From Candidatus Nomurabacteria bacterium (lineage in GTDB: Bacteria > Patescibacteriota > WWE3 > UBA101185 > UBA10185): a stretch of 64,000 nucleotides of DNA. The DNA is taken from the NCBI GenBank assembly GCA_020631855.1, contig JACKGU010000001.1:295601-359600 (forward strand), written 5' to 3'. A program made the translations under genes and the position numbers. The notes beneath the pieces were generated by a model. The model had not been told where the DNA came from. It saw only the letters and a list, made by a program, of their open reading frames with translations, and ran no database searches. How positions within the stretch are numbered: position 1 is the stretch's first letter; each line of letters starts with the position of its first letter. Shown here one piece after another: positions 46,765 through 56,285 of the stretch.

Positions 46765-48999
46765 ATGAAACAAGTCAAAAAAGAAATAGACTTTAACGGT
46801 AAAAAAATTACGCTTGAAACAGGCAAATTAGCCCCTCAAGCAAATGTATCAATCAAGGCCACATACGGCGAAACGGTCATCTTGGTGACCGCAGTGTCAG
46901 GCGGGCAGAATCCAGACCTGGATTACTTCCCTCTTCAGATGTCTTACGAAGAGAAACTTTATGCAAGCGGAACAATAAAAACTTCCAGATTTGTAAAAAG
47001 AGACGGAAGACCCACTGACGATGCAACAGTCACACGAAGACTCATAGATAGAGCTATTAGACCTCTTTTTCCGGATGACTTTTCGGATGAAATACAAATA
47101 ATCATGACAGTATTATCCTTGGACGAAGATTCCGATCCTGCATTTCTAGCGGGCTTGGCGGCTTCTGCTGCGCTGCAAGCCTCAAATATTCCATTTGAAG
47201 GCCCCATGATTCCTGTAAAAGTAGGCTATGCGGATCAAAAATATATTCTCATACCGACCAGAAAACAAACCGAAGAAGATTCCGATCTTAATATGATGGT
47301 CTCTTTTTCAGGAACAGATAGAAAATTTTTATCAATTGATGCCAGCGCCAATATCTTGCCAGAAAAAGTAATTTTAGGAGCAATAGAATTTGCAAGAGAT
47401 AACGCGGAACCATTGTTAAACCTAGTTATGGATTTCGCTAAGGAATATAATCCAGATGGTACGAAATATACTTATATTTCATCAAAACCTTCGGATGAAG
47501 TCATTAACTCCGTAAAAGCAATTGTAAAAGACGAGCTCGCAACGTTAATAAAGGGAAACTACAAGTACAACGAAGCTTTAAATAATCAAAAGAGCATGCT
47601 TGTAGAAAAAGTCTTTACAGAACTTGAAGGCAAGTTTAAGAAATCCGAAATGGTTAAAGCGCTGGAGAAAATAGAGAAAAACATAGCTCGAGCTCTCATA
47701 ATGGAATCAGGAAAAAGAATTGACGGTCGTTCAGAGAGCGACCTTAGACCGATTTCAGGAGAAGTCGGGCTATTGCCACGAACACACGGCAGCGGATTAT
47801 TTAACAGAGGGCTGACTCAAGCTCTAACAGTTGCTACATTAGGAAATCCTTCTTTAGAGCTGCTTATTCAAGACATGTATGGAGAAAAAACAAAACGATA
47901 CCTCCATTACTATAACTTCCCTCCTTTTGCTACAGGCGAAGTAGGACGAATAGGCGGAGCCAATCCAAGAGAAATTGGCCATGGGATGTTAGCTGAAAAA
48001 GCACTTGTCCCTGTAATACCAAGCAAAGAAGAGTTTCCATATACAATTTTACTTATGACCGAAACTTTATCTTCAAACGGCTCCAGCTCGATGGCCGCGA
48101 CATGTGGCTCTACCCTGGCTCTGATGGATGCTGGCGTACCAATTAAAGGCGCTGTAGGAGGAGTTGCAATGGGACTTATGGCAAACGAAGATCAATCAGA
48201 ATTTATGATTCTTAACGATCTTAGCGGCTATGAAGACTCTGTTGGCTACATGGACTTTAAAATGACAGGAACAAAAGAAGGAATAACCGCTATACAAGTC
48301 GACATCAAACTAAAAGGCTTACCAATGGACTTGATTCCGAGAATAATTGAGAAATCGAGAGAAGCTCGACTGGAAATTATTGAAAAAATAGAAGAGATTA
48401 TCTCCTCACCAAGAGATAGTTTGAGTAAATACGCGCCGAAAATGTGTGTAGTCAAGATTGATCCTACAAAAATCGGAATGGTTATAGGCAGCGGAGGCAA
48501 AACCATCAAGGAAATTCAGGAGCAGACTAATACTGAGCTTGGCATCGATGATGATGGGACAGTATTTATCTCAGGAGAATCCGAAGAAGATGTTGCACGC
48601 GCTCAAGGAATGGTTGAGGGCCTGACCAAGGATATTGAGGTTGGAGAAGTGTACGAAGGAACTGTAAAAGAAATAGTAGACTTTGGTGCTTTCGTAGAAA
48701 TTCTTCCTAATAAACAAGGGTTACTTCATATAAGCGAGATTACAGATGATTACGTAGAAAAGGCTTCAGATCACCTAAAAGAAGGTCAAGTGGTTACCGT
48801 AAAGGTAATAGAAACAGGCCCTAATGGAAAAGTCTCTCTATCGATGAGAGCCATGAATCCCGGGTATGAGCCCAAACCAAGGCACAGCGACAGAGGAGGA
48901 AGATCTTCAAGTGGCGGACACAGCGGGCGCGATAGAAACTCACACAATTCCGGAGGCGGAAGAGATAGAGGCGGAAGGAACTTCAGAGATAGAAGATAG
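46765..48999 (+). CDS. pnp: Polynucleotide phosphorylase with an Arg/Gly-rich C-terminal tail
   Basis: Two RNase PH domains, KH (GSGGKTIKEI) and S1 (GEVYEGTVKEIVDFGAFVEI), then an RGG-type tail. Confidence 0.97.
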   Translation: MKQVKKEIDFNGKKITLETGKLAPQANVSIKATYGETVILVTAVSGGQNPDLDYFPLQMSYEEKLYASGTIKTSRFVKRDGRPTDDATVTRRLIDRAIRPLFPDDFSDEIQIIMTVLSLDEDSDPAFLAGLAASAALQASNIPFEGPMIPVKVGYADQKYILIPTRKQTEEDSDLNMMVSFSGTDRKFLSIDASANILPEKVILGAIEFARDNAEPLLNLVMDFAKEYNPDGTKYTYISSKPSDEVINSVKAIVKDELATLIKGNYKYNEALNNQKSMLVEKVFTELEGKFKKSEMVKALEKIEKNIARALIMESGKRIDGRSESDLRPISGEVGLLPRTHGSGLFNRGLTQALTVATLGNPSLELLIQDMYGEKTKRYLHYYNFPPFATGEVGRIGGANPREIGHGMLAEKALVPVIPSKEEFPYTILLMTETLSSNGSSSMAATCGSTLALMDAGVPIKGAVGGVAMGLMANEDQSEFMILNDLSGYEDSVGYMDFKMTGTKEGITAIQVDIKLKGLPMDLIPRIIEKSREARLEIIEKIEEIISSPRDSLSKYAPKMCVVKIDPTKIGMVIGSGGKTIKEIQEQTNTELGIDDDGTVFISGESEEDVARAQGMVEGLTKDIEVGEVYEGTVKEIVDFGAFVEILPNKQGLLHISEITDDYVEKASDHLKEGQVVTVKVIETGPNGKVSLSMRAMNPGYEPKPRHSDRGGRSSSGGHSGRDRNSHNSGGGRDRGGRNFRDRR

Positions 49000-49011
49000 C
49001 TTGAATTTTGT

Positions 49012-49038
49012 ATGCGGCACATTACCAATGTGCCGCAT
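49012..49038 (+). other. 11-bp stem-loop after pnp (no U-tract)
   Basis: AUGCGGCACAU-UACCA-AUGUGCCGCAU. Confidence 0.65.
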
Positions 49039-49050
49039 ATCTGATAGAAT
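49022..49050 (+). promoter_or_regulatory. Promoter TTACCA-17-(TGA)TAGAAT, 6 nt from the ATG at 49057
   Basis: The -35 lies in the loop of the pnp hairpin. No SD before the ATG. Confidence 0.45.
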
Positions 49051-49056
49051 TTAAAC

Positions 49057-50157
49057 ATGCCCGACAAAAACTTTAGCATTGCAGACACCCCCAATCTTTC
49101 AGCCGCAGACTACGCATTTGCGGAACTCAGAACACTTTCGTCACTGGTTAATGACACCAGAGATATTCCTGAAGACCTTAAAGATAGGCTGAACCAGATG
49201 CTCGATCGTCTTGATAGAATGGCTAAGCTTGGTCACTATGCCCAAGAGTTCGATACCCTTTCCAGATATATCGAGACTATTGCAGAAATACCTTGGGGAG
49301 AAAAAACAAAAGACAATCTTGATCTAACAGAAACAAAAAATATTTTGGATAAGAATCACTATGGAATGGAGTGGGTCAAAGAGAGAATACTTGAATACCT
49401 AGCAACTATAAAACTTTTAAAAGACAGACAAAAAGAAGGGGTTGGAAAATCTCCGGTTTTGTTATTAGTGGGCTTACAGGGCATTGGAAAAACCACACTT
49501 GCAATGTCAGTAGCTGAAGCCTTGGGCAGAAAATTTATTAGAATATCCATGGGAGGTATAGGGAGTACTCTAGAATTAAGAGGAAGAAGCAAAGCCTACC
49601 CTGAAGCTGAGCCCGGGCAAATAATTAAAGCGTTGATCAAAACTGGCGTTAAAAACCCGGTAATCTTACTTGATGAAATTGAAAAAGCAAGCGGAGAGTC
49701 GGGGCTTAGATCGGATATCATGGCGATACTTCTGGAAATACTTGATCCGAGCCAAAATAACAGCTTTAGAGACCATTATATTGACTATCCGATAGATTTA
49801 TCCGACGTATTGTTCATTTGCTCAGCAAACAACACCGGCACAATAACAACTGCACTTATGGATAGGTTGGAAATAATCAAAATGCCTTCCTACACGGATG
49901 CGGAAAAAGCTACTATAGCCAAAGACTACTTATTACCTAAAGTTATCGAACTAAGTGGACTAAAGCCGGAAGAATTAGAAATTGATCCGGCTCTTTGGCC
50001 TAGCATTGTGCGTCCTTTTGGTTTTGATAGTGGTATTAGAAGCCTAAGTAGAACTTTAGAGGCTATTTGCAGAAAAGTAGCCAAAGAAATAGTTGAAGGA
50101 AAAACTAAAAAAGTAAGGGTAGACGAATCAAATTTAAAATACTACCTTCCCAGCTAA
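49057..50157 (+). CDS. Stand-alone Lon-type AAA+ ATPase module (no LON N-domain, no protease domain)
   Basis: Collinear with the Lon ATPase region: HYGMEWVKERILEYLA, GLQGIGKTT, ILLDEIEK, LLEILDPSQNNSFRDHY, LMDRLEII. It ends where the protease domain would begin, and there is no DGPSAG-type serine motif. Confidence 0.8.
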   Translation: MPDKNFSIADTPNLSAADYAFAELRTLSSLVNDTRDIPEDLKDRLNQMLDRLDRMAKLGHYAQEFDTLSRYIETIAEIPWGEKTKDNLDLTETKNILDKNHYGMEWVKERILEYLATIKLLKDRQKEGVGKSPVLLLVGLQGIGKTTLAMSVAEALGRKFIRISMGGIGSTLELRGRSKAYPEAEPGQIIKALIKTGVKNPVILLDEIEKASGESGLRSDIMAILLEILDPSQNNSFRDHYIDYPIDLSDVLFICSANNTGTITTALMDRLEIIKMPSYTDAEKATIAKDYLLPKVIELSGLKPEELEIDPALWPSIVRPFGFDSGIRSLSRTLEAICRKVAKEIVEGKTKKVRVDESNLKYYLPS

Positions 50158-50192
50158 CACGAACGGGATAAACAGGTGTAAGCAAGAAAAAA

Positions 50193-50804
50193 ATGAGCCA
50201 AAATACAGAAAAACTACAAATTATAGAAAGAGAAATACGCAAGTGCGAAAAGTGTTCTCTGTGCAAAACTGCCCTACAGGCAGTACCCGGAGAAGGTTCA
50301 AGCACGGCAAAAGTAGTTTTTATCGGCGAAGCTCCGGGAGCAACAGAAGATAAAACAGGCCGACCATTTGTAGGAAGAGCCGGAAATCTACTGGAAAAGC
50401 TTCTTGAAAAAATAAACCTGTCGAGGGAGGAAGTTTGGATAGGAAATATTATCAAACACAGGCCCCCTAAGAACCGCGACCCTCTGCCTGAAGAAATTAA
50501 AGCTTGCAGAGGGTATCTTGAAAACCAATTGGCAGTAATAAAGCCATCCCTGATAGTGACTTTGGGGAGATTCGCAATGAACCACTTCTATCCCGAAGGA
50601 AAAATTACAAAAGATCACGGCAAACTAATCAAACTGCACAATTTCAATGTTTTTCCTGTTTATCATCCTGCCGCGGCTTTAAGAAACAGATCATTTGCTG
50701 AAGCTTTAGCAAAAGATTTTTTAAATATTCCGAACGTACTTACGGAACTTAGTAAAAATGAGAAGAGTACAAATAACACAATGATGGCGAAGCCGTTATT
50801 GTAA
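50193..50804 (+). CDS. Uracil-DNA glycosylase, family 4
   Basis: CEKCSLC, VFIGEAPGATEDKTGRPFVGRAGNLL, HPAAALR. Confidence 0.9.
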   Translation: MSQNTEKLQIIEREIRKCEKCSLCKTALQAVPGEGSSTAKVVFIGEAPGATEDKTGRPFVGRAGNLLEKLLEKINLSREEVWIGNIIKHRPPKNRDPLPEEIKACRGYLENQLAVIKPSLIVTLGRFAMNHFYPEGKITKDHGKLIKLHNFNVFPVYHPAAALRNRSFAEALAKDFLNIPNVLTELSKNEKSTNNTMMAKPLL

Positions 50805-50841
50805 ATAACTAATTCACAATAGAAAGGATTTTTAGTTAATA

Positions 50842-52551
50842 ATGAATACAAATAATTTTAATAGCGTCAATTCAATTCAACCTGAATTACGAATAATAGG
50901 TTTTAGCGGCGCCGAAGGCGCCACAAAAAACATGACAGTATATGAGTCCGGAACCGATATCATAATCGTAGACTGTGGTATAGGCTTTCCCGACGACGAA
51001 CTAAGAGGGGTCGACGTAGTAATACCTGATTTCACGTATATTCTGGAAAATATCGAGAAAGTAAGAGGGCTCTTTGTAACACACGGGCACGAGGACCATC
51101 TTGGTGCCATACCATATCTCCTGAAAGAAGCGAATATCAAGATCTTCACAACCCCGATTGTTCAAGGATTTATAAGGTCTAGGCTTTTAGACAGAGGGTC
51201 TCAGAAAATACACGATGATGTGAGTTTTTATACAATGGTGCCCGGAGGAGAAGCAGTAACATTAGGAAATTTCTCTGTTTCAGCTTTTCATGTTAATCAT
51301 TCCGTACCCGATTCAGTAGGGCTTGCAATAAAAACTCCGCAAGGCACAGTATTGCATATGGCGGACTATAAAATTGACCTTGCACCGGTAATTGATAAGC
51401 CCATGGATTTTGCAGCAATATCAAACTTCGGTAAAGAGGGAGTGCTGTGCCTGCTTTCGGACTGTCTAGGAGCCAATAAAGAAGGCCATTCTAAATACGA
51501 GCAATCGATGAAGGGCGTTTTTACAGATCTCTACGAAAAGGGCGAAGGTAAGCAAATAATCATTACTACGATATCTTCAAATATATCCAGAATGTATCAG
51601 ATAATGGACGCCGCTACTAAATCAGGGAGAAAGGTTGTTTTATTAGGCAGATCAATAAATAACAGTGTTGAGATTGCAAGAGGTTTAGATATGTTGCCTT
51701 TTTCAGATGAACTTTTTGTCAGCCATAGAGACTCCATGAAACATAGTCAGTCGGAGCTGGTTTACATTGCGGCCGGATGTTTCGGCCAGCAAGGTTCCGC
51801 TCTCGATAGAATAAGTAGAGGAGAACACAGAGATGTTACGCTTGAAGAAGATGCGTTAGTGATTTTCTCGGCAGATCCTGCACCTCCGGGAACAAGAATA
51901 CCTGTCGAAAGATTAATGGACCAACTAACCTTAAAAGGTGCTGAGGTTATATACACAAAGATTCAGGACAATCTGCACGTCTCGGGGCACGGCCCAAAGG
52001 GAGATCTCGAACTTGTAGCCTCAATGGTAAATCCAAAATATTTCATACCGATTGGCGGAAGCGTAACTCAAATGAGAGCTTACACGAGCATGGTAAAAGG
52101 TTTGGGATATTCAACAGATCAGGTTTTTGAAATGCTTGAGGGGGAAATATTGGAATTTACTGAAAATGGAGCTTTGATGTTGGACGAGAAAATAGACGTA
52201 AAACAGGTCTATGTTGACGGCACAGATGTAGGAGAAATAGGCGAAGTAGTAATAAAAGACAGAGAAATCCTCGCAAATGAAGGTGTCTTTGTAGTTGTAG
52301 TTCCTTACTCAAAAACAGACAAACAGGTGAAGGGCAATTCTGACGTCATAACCAGGGGCTTTGTATATGTTAAAAACTCAAAACAACTCATGGGGACTGC
52401 TAAAGACTTAGTAAACAAAATTATCGATAAGTCATCAACGGACGAGCCTTGGACAAAGCTACAAGCTAAAATTGAACAAGAAGTCTCAAAACTACTGAAA
52501 AAAGAGACCGGAAGAGATCCGATGGTAATAGTCCATGCATTATACGTGTAA
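50842..52551 (+). CDS. rnj: Ribonuclease J
   Basis: Metallo-beta-lactamase/beta-CASP: VTHGHEDHLGAIPYL, HVSGHG. Confidence 0.92.
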   Translation: MNTNNFNSVNSIQPELRIIGFSGAEGATKNMTVYESGTDIIIVDCGIGFPDDELRGVDVVIPDFTYILENIEKVRGLFVTHGHEDHLGAIPYLLKEANIKIFTTPIVQGFIRSRLLDRGSQKIHDDVSFYTMVPGGEAVTLGNFSVSAFHVNHSVPDSVGLAIKTPQGTVLHMADYKIDLAPVIDKPMDFAAISNFGKEGVLCLLSDCLGANKEGHSKYEQSMKGVFTDLYEKGEGKQIIITTISSNISRMYQIMDAATKSGRKVVLLGRSINNSVEIARGLDMLPFSDELFVSHRDSMKHSQSELVYIAAGCFGQQGSALDRISRGEHRDVTLEEDALVIFSADPAPPGTRIPVERLMDQLTLKGAEVIYTKIQDNLHVSGHGPKGDLELVASMVNPKYFIPIGGSVTQMRAYTSMVKGLGYSTDQVFEMLEGEILEFTENGALMLDEKIDVKQVYVDGTDVGEIGEVVIKDREILANEGVFVVVVPYSKTDKQVKGNSDVITRGFVYVKNSKQLMGTAKDLVNKIIDKSSTDEPWTKLQAKIEQEVSKLLKKETGRDPMVIVHALYV

Positions 52552-52554
52552 TTT

Positions 52555-52563
52555 TGTTATTAT
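52555..52563 (+). promoter_or_regulatory. Extended -10 (TGTTATTAT) 7 nt from the ftsK ATG
   Basis: Read directly. Lies within the 3' end and spacer after rnj. No SD. Confidence 0.4.
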
Positions 52564-52570
52564 CTAAGCA

Positions 52571-54832
52571 ATGTCCGCAAGAAGAGGCCGTAAAAAAAAG
52601 TTTAAGCTGAAGTTTAATATACGTGGGGAAACTGTACGATCAATTGCAGCGTTATTACTAATATTGCTGGCTGGGGTCGTGCTAGTGTCCTTTGCTGCAG
52701 GAGTAGTCTCAGTTGACTCATCTATTCAAAGAGTTCTAAAAATTCTATTTGGATACGCGCACCTTGCTCTAGTGCCGATTTTCCTTATCACCGGACTACT
52801 CTTAATAGACAGTATTGATTGGAGATTTGTAGAGGGCCGGGTCTTAGCCGGCTTCAGTATACTACTTTTCGGAGCATCGGGATTACTTCACGCATTCTAT
52901 CTCGGAGACGGCTACGAGGCAGCAAAAGCAGGAAAAGGCGGGGGAATAGTAGGATACAAGATTTTTTCTGTACTAAGTTCTAATACCAGCTCTCTTGGGG
53001 CAATTCTTGTTCTGCTTACCCTGGTTATAATCTCTATCCTTCTTATCTGGGATAAGCCTATCGAAGAACTTGCAGCAAAACTTTCTGCATTAGGTCTACC
53101 CTTCTCTAAACTCAAGGCGGCGGGACTTGAAAGAAAATCAAAGAACGCTAGCACACACCAGAAAGAGGATATTCACATTACTTCAGGACTCAATCTAAAC
53201 TTCAGCGATAACACAGGTTACAACGAAAGCATAGAGAGTTCTCCGGAAGAAGATGCAACAAATTATCACGACGAAGATTCTGCAGCCGAGGAGATAGAAA
53301 TAATTCCTTCTCTAGCCGAGCCTAAATCTAAGAATTCTCACGAATTCAAAACAAATCCAAAAGTAACAGATACTTTGGCCCCGGCACCCCTTCCCTATTC
53401 GGATAGGGTGTGGGAAAATCCCCCCTTGGATATCTTAAACGATCCTCCGAATACTCCCGTAGATCGAGGAGACATCAATCAGAGATCGGCAATTATTGTT
53501 AACGCCTTAGCTTCTTTCGGCATAAATGTTGTGGTTAAAGACGTGCGTTTTGGTCCCTCTGTAACCCAGTATGCGCTAGAAACGGAGCCGGGAACCAAAA
53601 TTACTAAAATTTTAAGCCACCAATACGACTTAGCCCTAGCTTTGGCTTCGCCCACAGGTTCGGTTAGAATAGAAGCTCCAATCCCCGGAAAAAGTTTAAT
53701 CGGTGTGGAAGTACCAAATAACACGAGGGTCGTAGTTCATTTCAAAGAACTCTTACTGTCTGAGCAGATGAAAAACATGAAATCAAAAATCGGCATGGTT
53801 CTGGGGCTTGATGTTGGGGGGCAGCCGAAAGTTTATAATATCGCAAAAATGCCACACTTACTTATCGCAGGAGCTACAAACTCAGGTAAATCGGTACTCA
53901 TTCACAACATAATGTTCTCAATACTTTTTAGGGCAAGTCCGGAAGAAGTAAAGTTCATACTCATAGATCCCAAGCGCGTTGAACTAATGTACTACAACGA
54001 CATACCGCACTTGCTAACCCCTGTAATCACAGAGACAGAAAAAGCTCCTGCAGCTTTTAAATGGTTGGTGGGCGAAATGACCAGGAGATACAACCTTCTG
54101 GAATCGGCGCACGTAAGAAATATAGAATCTTACAACGAAAAGTCGGGCTTTCAAGCAATGCCATACATAGTAATGATAGTCGACGAGCTGGGGGAAATAA
54201 TGGTAACCGATCCTGCAGCAGTAGAAAAAAGTATTATAAGACTAGCTCAATTAGCAAGGGCTACCGGAATACACTTGGTGTTAGCGCTGCAAAGGCCTTC
54301 CGCAAATGTAGTTACAGGACTTATTAAAGCCAACGTGCCTTGTAGGATCGCGTTTAATGTTACCAGCCAGGTAGATTCCAGGGTAATTATCGACCAGCCG
54401 GGGGCGGAAAAATTGCTAGGAAAAGGAGACATGCTTTTTATTCCTCCAGACGACTCCAAACCCACCAGAATTCAAGGCTCTTATATTGCCGATAACGAAA
54501 TCAATGCCCTGGTATCATATCTTAAAAGCACAGGCGTAAAACCCGACTATAAAGAAGAGATTCTCTCCACACACGAGCCGGAAAAAAGCGTCTCTCTAGG
54601 AGGAGATAATGTCGATGAATATTATGACGAAGCTATGCGAACTGTAATTTCGGAAGGCAGGGCTTCCGCATCCTTATTGCAGAGACGACTGCAGATAGGT
54701 TATTCACGAGCAGCAAGAATTCTGGACGAGCTTGAGGCAAACGGTGTTATAGGTCCGGCGAGAGGTGCAAAACCCAGAGAAATTCTAAACAACTCCATTG
54801 CCGATCTTGAAGACGAAGAAGATGTGATATAA
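52571..54832 (+). CDS. ftsK: DNA translocase FtsK/SpoIIIE
   Basis: N-terminal TM helices, linker, motor domain (IAGATNSGKS, VDELG), C-terminal winged-helix gamma domain (SASLLQRRLQIGYSRAARILDELE). Confidence 0.95.
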   Translation: MSARRGRKKKFKLKFNIRGETVRSIAALLLILLAGVVLVSFAAGVVSVDSSIQRVLKILFGYAHLALVPIFLITGLLLIDSIDWRFVEGRVLAGFSILLFGASGLLHAFYLGDGYEAAKAGKGGGIVGYKIFSVLSSNTSSLGAILVLLTLVIISILLIWDKPIEELAAKLSALGLPFSKLKAAGLERKSKNASTHQKEDIHITSGLNLNFSDNTGYNESIESSPEEDATNYHDEDSAAEEIEIIPSLAEPKSKNSHEFKTNPKVTDTLAPAPLPYSDRVWENPPLDILNDPPNTPVDRGDINQRSAIIVNALASFGINVVVKDVRFGPSVTQYALETEPGTKITKILSHQYDLALALASPTGSVRIEAPIPGKSLIGVEVPNNTRVVVHFKELLLSEQMKNMKSKIGMVLGLDVGGQPKVYNIAKMPHLLIAGATNSGKSVLIHNIMFSILFRASPEEVKFILIDPKRVELMYYNDIPHLLTPVITETEKAPAAFKWLVGEMTRRYNLLESAHVRNIESYNEKSGFQAMPYIVMIVDELGEIMVTDPAAVEKSIIRLAQLARATGIHLVLALQRPSANVVTGLIKANVPCRIAFNVTSQVDSRVIIDQPGAEKLLGKGDMLFIPPDDSKPTRIQGSYIADNEINALVSYLKSTGVKPDYKEEILSTHEPEKSVSLGGDNVDEYYDEAMRTVISEGRASASLLQRRLQIGYSRAARILDELEANGVIGPARGAKPREILNNSIADLEDEEDVI

Positions 54833-54878
54833 TTTTTTCATATACTGCATGTATCAGTAATCTAAAAATAAACTGCCT

Positions 54879-55166
54879 ATGGAATTACAAACATTTTTAA
54901 TAATTACCTTAATATTCATCACTTTAAGTATAGTTGCAGTTTCTGTTTACATAATACTAATACTTAGAGAGTTTAAATCCACGGTACAAAAAGTTAATGG
55001 TGTCCTCTCTGTTACCGAGACACTATCGACTAAGCTCGCTAATACGAGCATAACCTTTGGAAATATTGTAAATGCCGTAATGGGTGCTGTGAAAACTGTC
55101 AAAACAATAAGATCCATAGCTGATTTTGGAGATGAGGAGAATAAAGATGCCAAAAGCAAAAGGTAA
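54879..55166 (+). CDS. Small membrane protein (DUF948-like)
   Basis: N-terminal TM followed by a helical segment. Pairing with a YtxH-like gene resembles the Firmicutes arrangement. Confidence 0.5.
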   Translation: MELQTFLIITLIFITLSIVAVSVYIILILREFKSTVQKVNGVLSVTETLSTKLANTSITFGNIVNAVMGAVKTVKTIRSIADFGDEENKDAKSKR

Positions 55167-55446
55167 ATTCATAAAAGGTTTGTTTCTTGGTGCTGCTATT
55201 GGAACCGTGCTCGGGCTTCTTAACGCACCGGCAAAAGGCTCTGAAACAAAAAAAAGCCTTAAAAGCAAGTCAGAAAACTTTAAAAAGAAAATCAATGCTT
55301 TAGAACAAGAAGATATTGAGCAGCTCAAAAAAAGAGTAAATAAAGATGTGAAAAGCTCTATAAGCAAAAGTCTTAAAATACTAGCTTCAAAAATAGAAAA
55401 AGAAAACGAAAAATCTAACAAGGATAAAACAGATCGTATTGCATAG
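55147..55446 (+). CDS. YtxH-like protein
   Basis: KGKFIKGLFLGAAIGTVLGLLNAPAKGSETKK motif, then a coiled Lys/Glu-rich region. Start taken at MPKAKG. Confidence 0.6.
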   Translation: MPKAKGKFIKGLFLGAAIGTVLGLLNAPAKGSETKKSLKSKSENFKKKINALEQEDIEQLKKRVNKDVKSSISKSLKILASKIEKENEKSNKDKTDRIA

Positions 55447-55460
55447 TACTCCCGGAATAA

Positions 55461-55469
55461 TGATACAAT
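55461..55469 (+). promoter_or_regulatory. Extended -10 (TGATACAAT) 6 nt from the ATG at 55476
   Basis: Read directly. No SD. Confidence 0.45.
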
Positions 55470-55475
55470 TACAGT

Positions 55476-56285
55476 ATGGACCTTAATGCTGCTCAAAACA
55501 CCAATAATCAACAGCTAAACTCGCACCCAGACGATGCTCAGAAAAATAAGCTCAATACGATTTTACCGGGCACCAATTCTCAAAGCTTGGGAGGGAATTC
55601 TCCGATTACAAGCATTGCAGGGGTGTCGGACGACGATCTTCAAAACAAAAGCATAAATCTAGACACGCAAGATACCCTAAGTACAGAAAATAAGACCAAC
55701 ACAAACAAAGAAATAGAAAAAGCAAAAGGCTACAAAGATGACATAAGTAAAATTGTATATGACTTTCTAGAAAAAAACGGAGAGAGCCTAGACAGTATGG
55801 AAGAGGTTCCATCAGACATAGGACCCTCAATAAATAACCATCCCGCAACACTTGGCCCCGGAAAAGGAAGAAGGGAGATTTTTACAAGCCCTGTAATAGG
55901 AACTATTAGTGAAAATGCGCCTATAAGCCATCGCGAAACCTTCCAAACTGAAATAGACCCGGCTTCTCAAACAGAGCAGATTTCTGTAGCTAAGGCAGAA
56001 ACATCCGCTCAAGAAGAAAAAAATTCTTCGGAAATTCAAAGTATACAGGAAGTATTACAAAACCCACAACCAGATTCCGAGAATTACGATAAAATATCAA
56101 CATTGATTCCAGAAACCGAACCTATACCGCAGCCGGATAGTGATTTGAACGTTGTTGACCTGAGAACAGGCCATGAAAATTTGCAACAAATTGCCGATCC
56201 AATAGATAAATTAACTGAAGAAGCAGATGAGAAAGAGGCAGACTTTATAACAAAAGTGGAGGATACACATGCTGTCGCTAACTGA
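55476..56285 (+). CDS. Acidic, low-complexity (likely disordered) hypothetical protein
   Basis: 269 aa, rich in D/E/Q/N/S/T/P, no TM. The 3' end overlaps the next gene by 17 nt. Confidence 0.6.
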   Translation: MDLNAAQNTNNQQLNSHPDDAQKNKLNTILPGTNSQSLGGNSPITSIAGVSDDDLQNKSINLDTQDTLSTENKTNTNKEIEKAKGYKDDISKIVYDFLEKNGESLDSMEEVPSDIGPSINNHPATLGPGKGRREIFTSPVIGTISENAPISHRETFQTEIDPASQTEQISVAKAETSAQEEKNSSEIQSIQEVLQNPQPDSENYDKISTLIPETEPIPQPDSDLNVVDLRTGHENLQQIADPIDKLTEEADEKEADFITKVEDTHAVAN

